A stretch of DNA of 64,000 nucleotides from the human T2T-CHM13v2.0 reference genome, Homo sapiens, in the NCBI RefSeq assembly GCF_009914755.1, contig NC_060925.1; one strand, 5' to 3'. The translations under genes were made by a program, and so were the position numbers. This document shows, piece by piece, positions 61,030-64,000 of this stretch. The notes under the pieces are model-generated. The model was not told the origin of the DNA and did no database searches. It saw only the letters and a list, made by a program, of their open reading frames with translations. Each line of letters starts with the position of its first letter. Positions within the stretch are counted from its first letter, which is position 1.

Positions 61030-61175
61030 TTTCACGCCAGCCCCTGTGGCATACTCCTGTATTCTCAGCTACTTGGGGGCTGTGTGGCAGGAAGATCCTT
61101 TGAGCCCAGAAGTTGGAGGTCAGCCTAGGCAACATAGCAAGTCTCCGTCTCAAAAAATAAAATAAAATAAAAATA
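61030..61175 (+). mobile_element. FLAM/FAM Alu monomer
   Basis: cagctacttggggg...tttgagcccagaag...gcaacatagcaag...ctcaaaaaataaaataaaa. Confidence 0.8.
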
Positions 61176-62628
61176 AGTACTTATAGAGCTACAAAAATCC
61201 TAGAGCTTCCTTATAACATACACCAGCTAGTTACACTAACTAGTTAATGGCTAGGTTAACACTTATGGCTTTCCTACAAAAGAGCACTTCCATACCTTGA
61301 AGAAATATTATCTAGTTATGAAGTGCTATATTTGCTAGAGAGCATTGCCACTCAAATGTATTGTTTACTGTCTATGAGTTTTTAAGAGTCTAAATTTAGA
61401 TAGGATTTTGAGACTCAGTGAGCTCCAATGATTCATCATAGATAAATTATATAAAACCTACAAAAATTTGAAGACACAAGGTAGAAACATTTTTGAAAGA
61501 TGAAGGGGTTTTGTGATACAAAGACTGTAAAATTGGGACTTTGTCTTCAAGAGACGATGATGACATGAACACTAGAATGTGCTCATTTTTCTGGAATAAT
61601 TCTGATATTCCTATTTGTTGACATAACATCTCTAGTTATCAGCTCCACCTATTCAATAGTATTGCTTCAATGAGCAAATATGAACGACTAGAGAAAAGAG
61701 ACTTTAAGATTCATAATTATTCTCAAACTTTAATTATGTCAGTTCATATTTATTACTGTGCCTGAATTTCAGCTATGATTGAGGAAGCAGTAGTATTTAT
61801 TATTACATTATGATTTCCAGTAATTTATAAGATTCAAGTCGGCCACATAAAGACTGCTAATAGTAGTATTTGTAAAAACTCACCAGAATGCCTCATTTAA
61901 AATCTAATTAAAGCAATCTATGAAGTAATTAATATAAACTTACAGTTTTGAACAAAAAGAGAGGAAAAAGGAAAACCTTTCTCAGTTTGACACCTCAAAG
62001 TAGAAGTAATTTCAGTCCTTTTATCAAAATAGAGTCTTTTGCTTAATAAAGACTACATTAAAAAACATGAGGTTTCCTATTTATTTCCTTCTATCTTCTA
62101 AGGTCCTTATCATTATGCATGAGGACTTCAGTCTCCAGAATCCACAGGATCATGACAGTTAAGAATGAAATAACTGGAACATCAGGTTAGACACAGGCTA
62201 CAATTTACAGCCGCAGCCGAAATAGTGTTTGTAATAGTTTACTACTTGAAATTCAGACTTAAATTACTATTTAGCCACACACTGAAATGTAACAATTTAA
62301 ATTCATTAAATTACAGTTAATAGCATCTCAATACCATCTATCATAAATCATTGCATATTTAAAATGACTCTGGTAAACCATTCAATAAATATTTCTTCCT
62401 CATATTTTTCACAGCTAAAAATGGATGTTGGGGCATACCAATTCATATACGCCTATTTCTAATAAATGAAGCCGGAGAACAAGAAGTAACTTAACTAAAT
62501 TAGCTCCTAAATCAACTTAGTGGTAATCTGGGTAGCTGATTGAAAATAAAGTCCCAAAGAATACTCGTGTATGACAAAAATCAAGAGCCCTAGAAAAGAA
62601 ATCAGGACAGTGGGGATCTAGTTACTAA

Positions 62629-62952
<324 letters not shown>

Positions 62953-63204
62953 CTCTTGACTATGCTTCCGTTACTGGTGTGAAAAGGAAAATCACTTCAA
63001 CTCCCTGAATATCAGTTCTCCATCAGTCAGATGAAGAGGGTAAAGTTAAGTTTTCTGATGTCTAGTTCCAAAGACTCTATCTTCTTAACTGAATTTTTTT
63101 AGTGTTCTGAGTATCGAATTCTATGTATAGCATTTAACTTTGTGACAGTGACTCTTATAAATATGAAATGGGCACATTTGTCATGACTGTGTTTTCAGAC
63201 AGGT

Positions 63205-64000
63205 TTGTTAACTGAGAAATAATTCACATATCCAATTCACCCATCTAAAGTGTGCAGTAAATGACTTCTAGTGTATTCATAGAGTTATGCAGACATCACC
63301 ACAATCAATTTTAGAACCCTTTCATTACCCAGAAAAAAAACCCTGTACACTTTGGCCGTCACCCTCATCCCAAAATTTCCCATCCCTCCCAGCCTTAGGC
63401 AACCACTAAAGCACTTCTGTATAGATTTGCCAATTCTGGTGTTTAATATAAACGGAATCATGCAATATGTGGTCCTTTGTAAATGGTTTATTTTTTAATG
63501 ACAAAGTATTTTGAAGGTTCATTCATCTTCTAGCATGTTTCAGTACTTTATTTCTGTTTCTACTCCTAGTTATATACCCAAAAGAAATAAAAACGAATAC
63601 TGCCAAAAAAGCTTTTATGTGAATGTTCATAGCAGCATTATGAATGGAAAAATAAAATGTGAGTATATCCATTTGGAATAATGGAATATTATTAGTTAGA
63701 CAATAATTATTAATTATAATTATTATTATTGTAAATTGTAACATTATTAATAGCAATGGAACATTATTTCTGAATAATATTCTCAATGTTATTTCTGAAT
63801 AATATTCTCAATAATCCATTATGTGGATATATTCTCATTTTATTTTTCCATTCATAATGCTGCTATGAACATTCACATAAAAGCTTTTTTGGTAATATTT
63901 GTTTTTATTTCTTTTGGGTGTATAGGTAGGAGTAGAACTGCTGGGTCATACGGTAATTCTGTGGTTAGCTTTTTGAGGAAAATCTTGTCTGTTTTCTAAA
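63205..64000 (-). mobile_element. L1MB-like 3' end carrying an internal inverted duplication
   Basis: caattcacccatctaaagtgtgcag...catcaccacaatcaattttagaac...gaactgctgggtcatacggtaattct. Confidence 0.9.
63558..63937. repeat. Inverted repeat with ~114-bp arms (63558-63671 and 63824-63937)
   Basis: ccaaaaaagcttttatgtgaatgttcatagcagcattatgaatggaaaaataaaatg is the exact reverse complement of the core of the right arm. Confidence 0.95.

Noticed and set aside
60330-61630. Short minus-strand ORFs in unique DNA (60447-60635 and 61447-61629)
   Set aside because: No recognisable protein similarity or convincing splice sites.

Overview
This is primate genomic DNA, most likely human or another great ape because it contains an SVA_A-type element. 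It is AT-rich and made up largely of interspersed repeats: Alu, L1, L2, MIR, MaLR/ERV LTRs and Tigger/MER DNA transposons. I recognise no protein-coding gene; the ORF track reflects repeat-derived or chance ORFs. The most unusual region is 28.3-31.2 kb. (i) A minus-strand SVA_A sits in the A-rich linker of an Alu. The TSDs enclose about 870 bp of extra 3'-transduced DNA: an L1 fragment holding a U6 retrocopy that is itself split by an LTR3 (HML-6). The SVA's own poly(A) signal reads AACAAA. (ii) Directly upstream is a chain of short copies of local sequence from about 1.5, 5.7 and 8 kb away, placed between an aborted Alu tail and the full Alu. Other findings are a ~114-bp-arm inverted duplication (63.6-63.9 kb), a ~125-bp dispersed duplication ending in a perfect palindrome (50.3/52.0 kb), a microhomology-flanked Alu fragment in a full-length Tigger1, and several nested insertions with readable TSDs. 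These look like interesting individual events, not a new biological system. Subfamily names come from recalled consensus sequences, and boundaries without TSDs are approximate.
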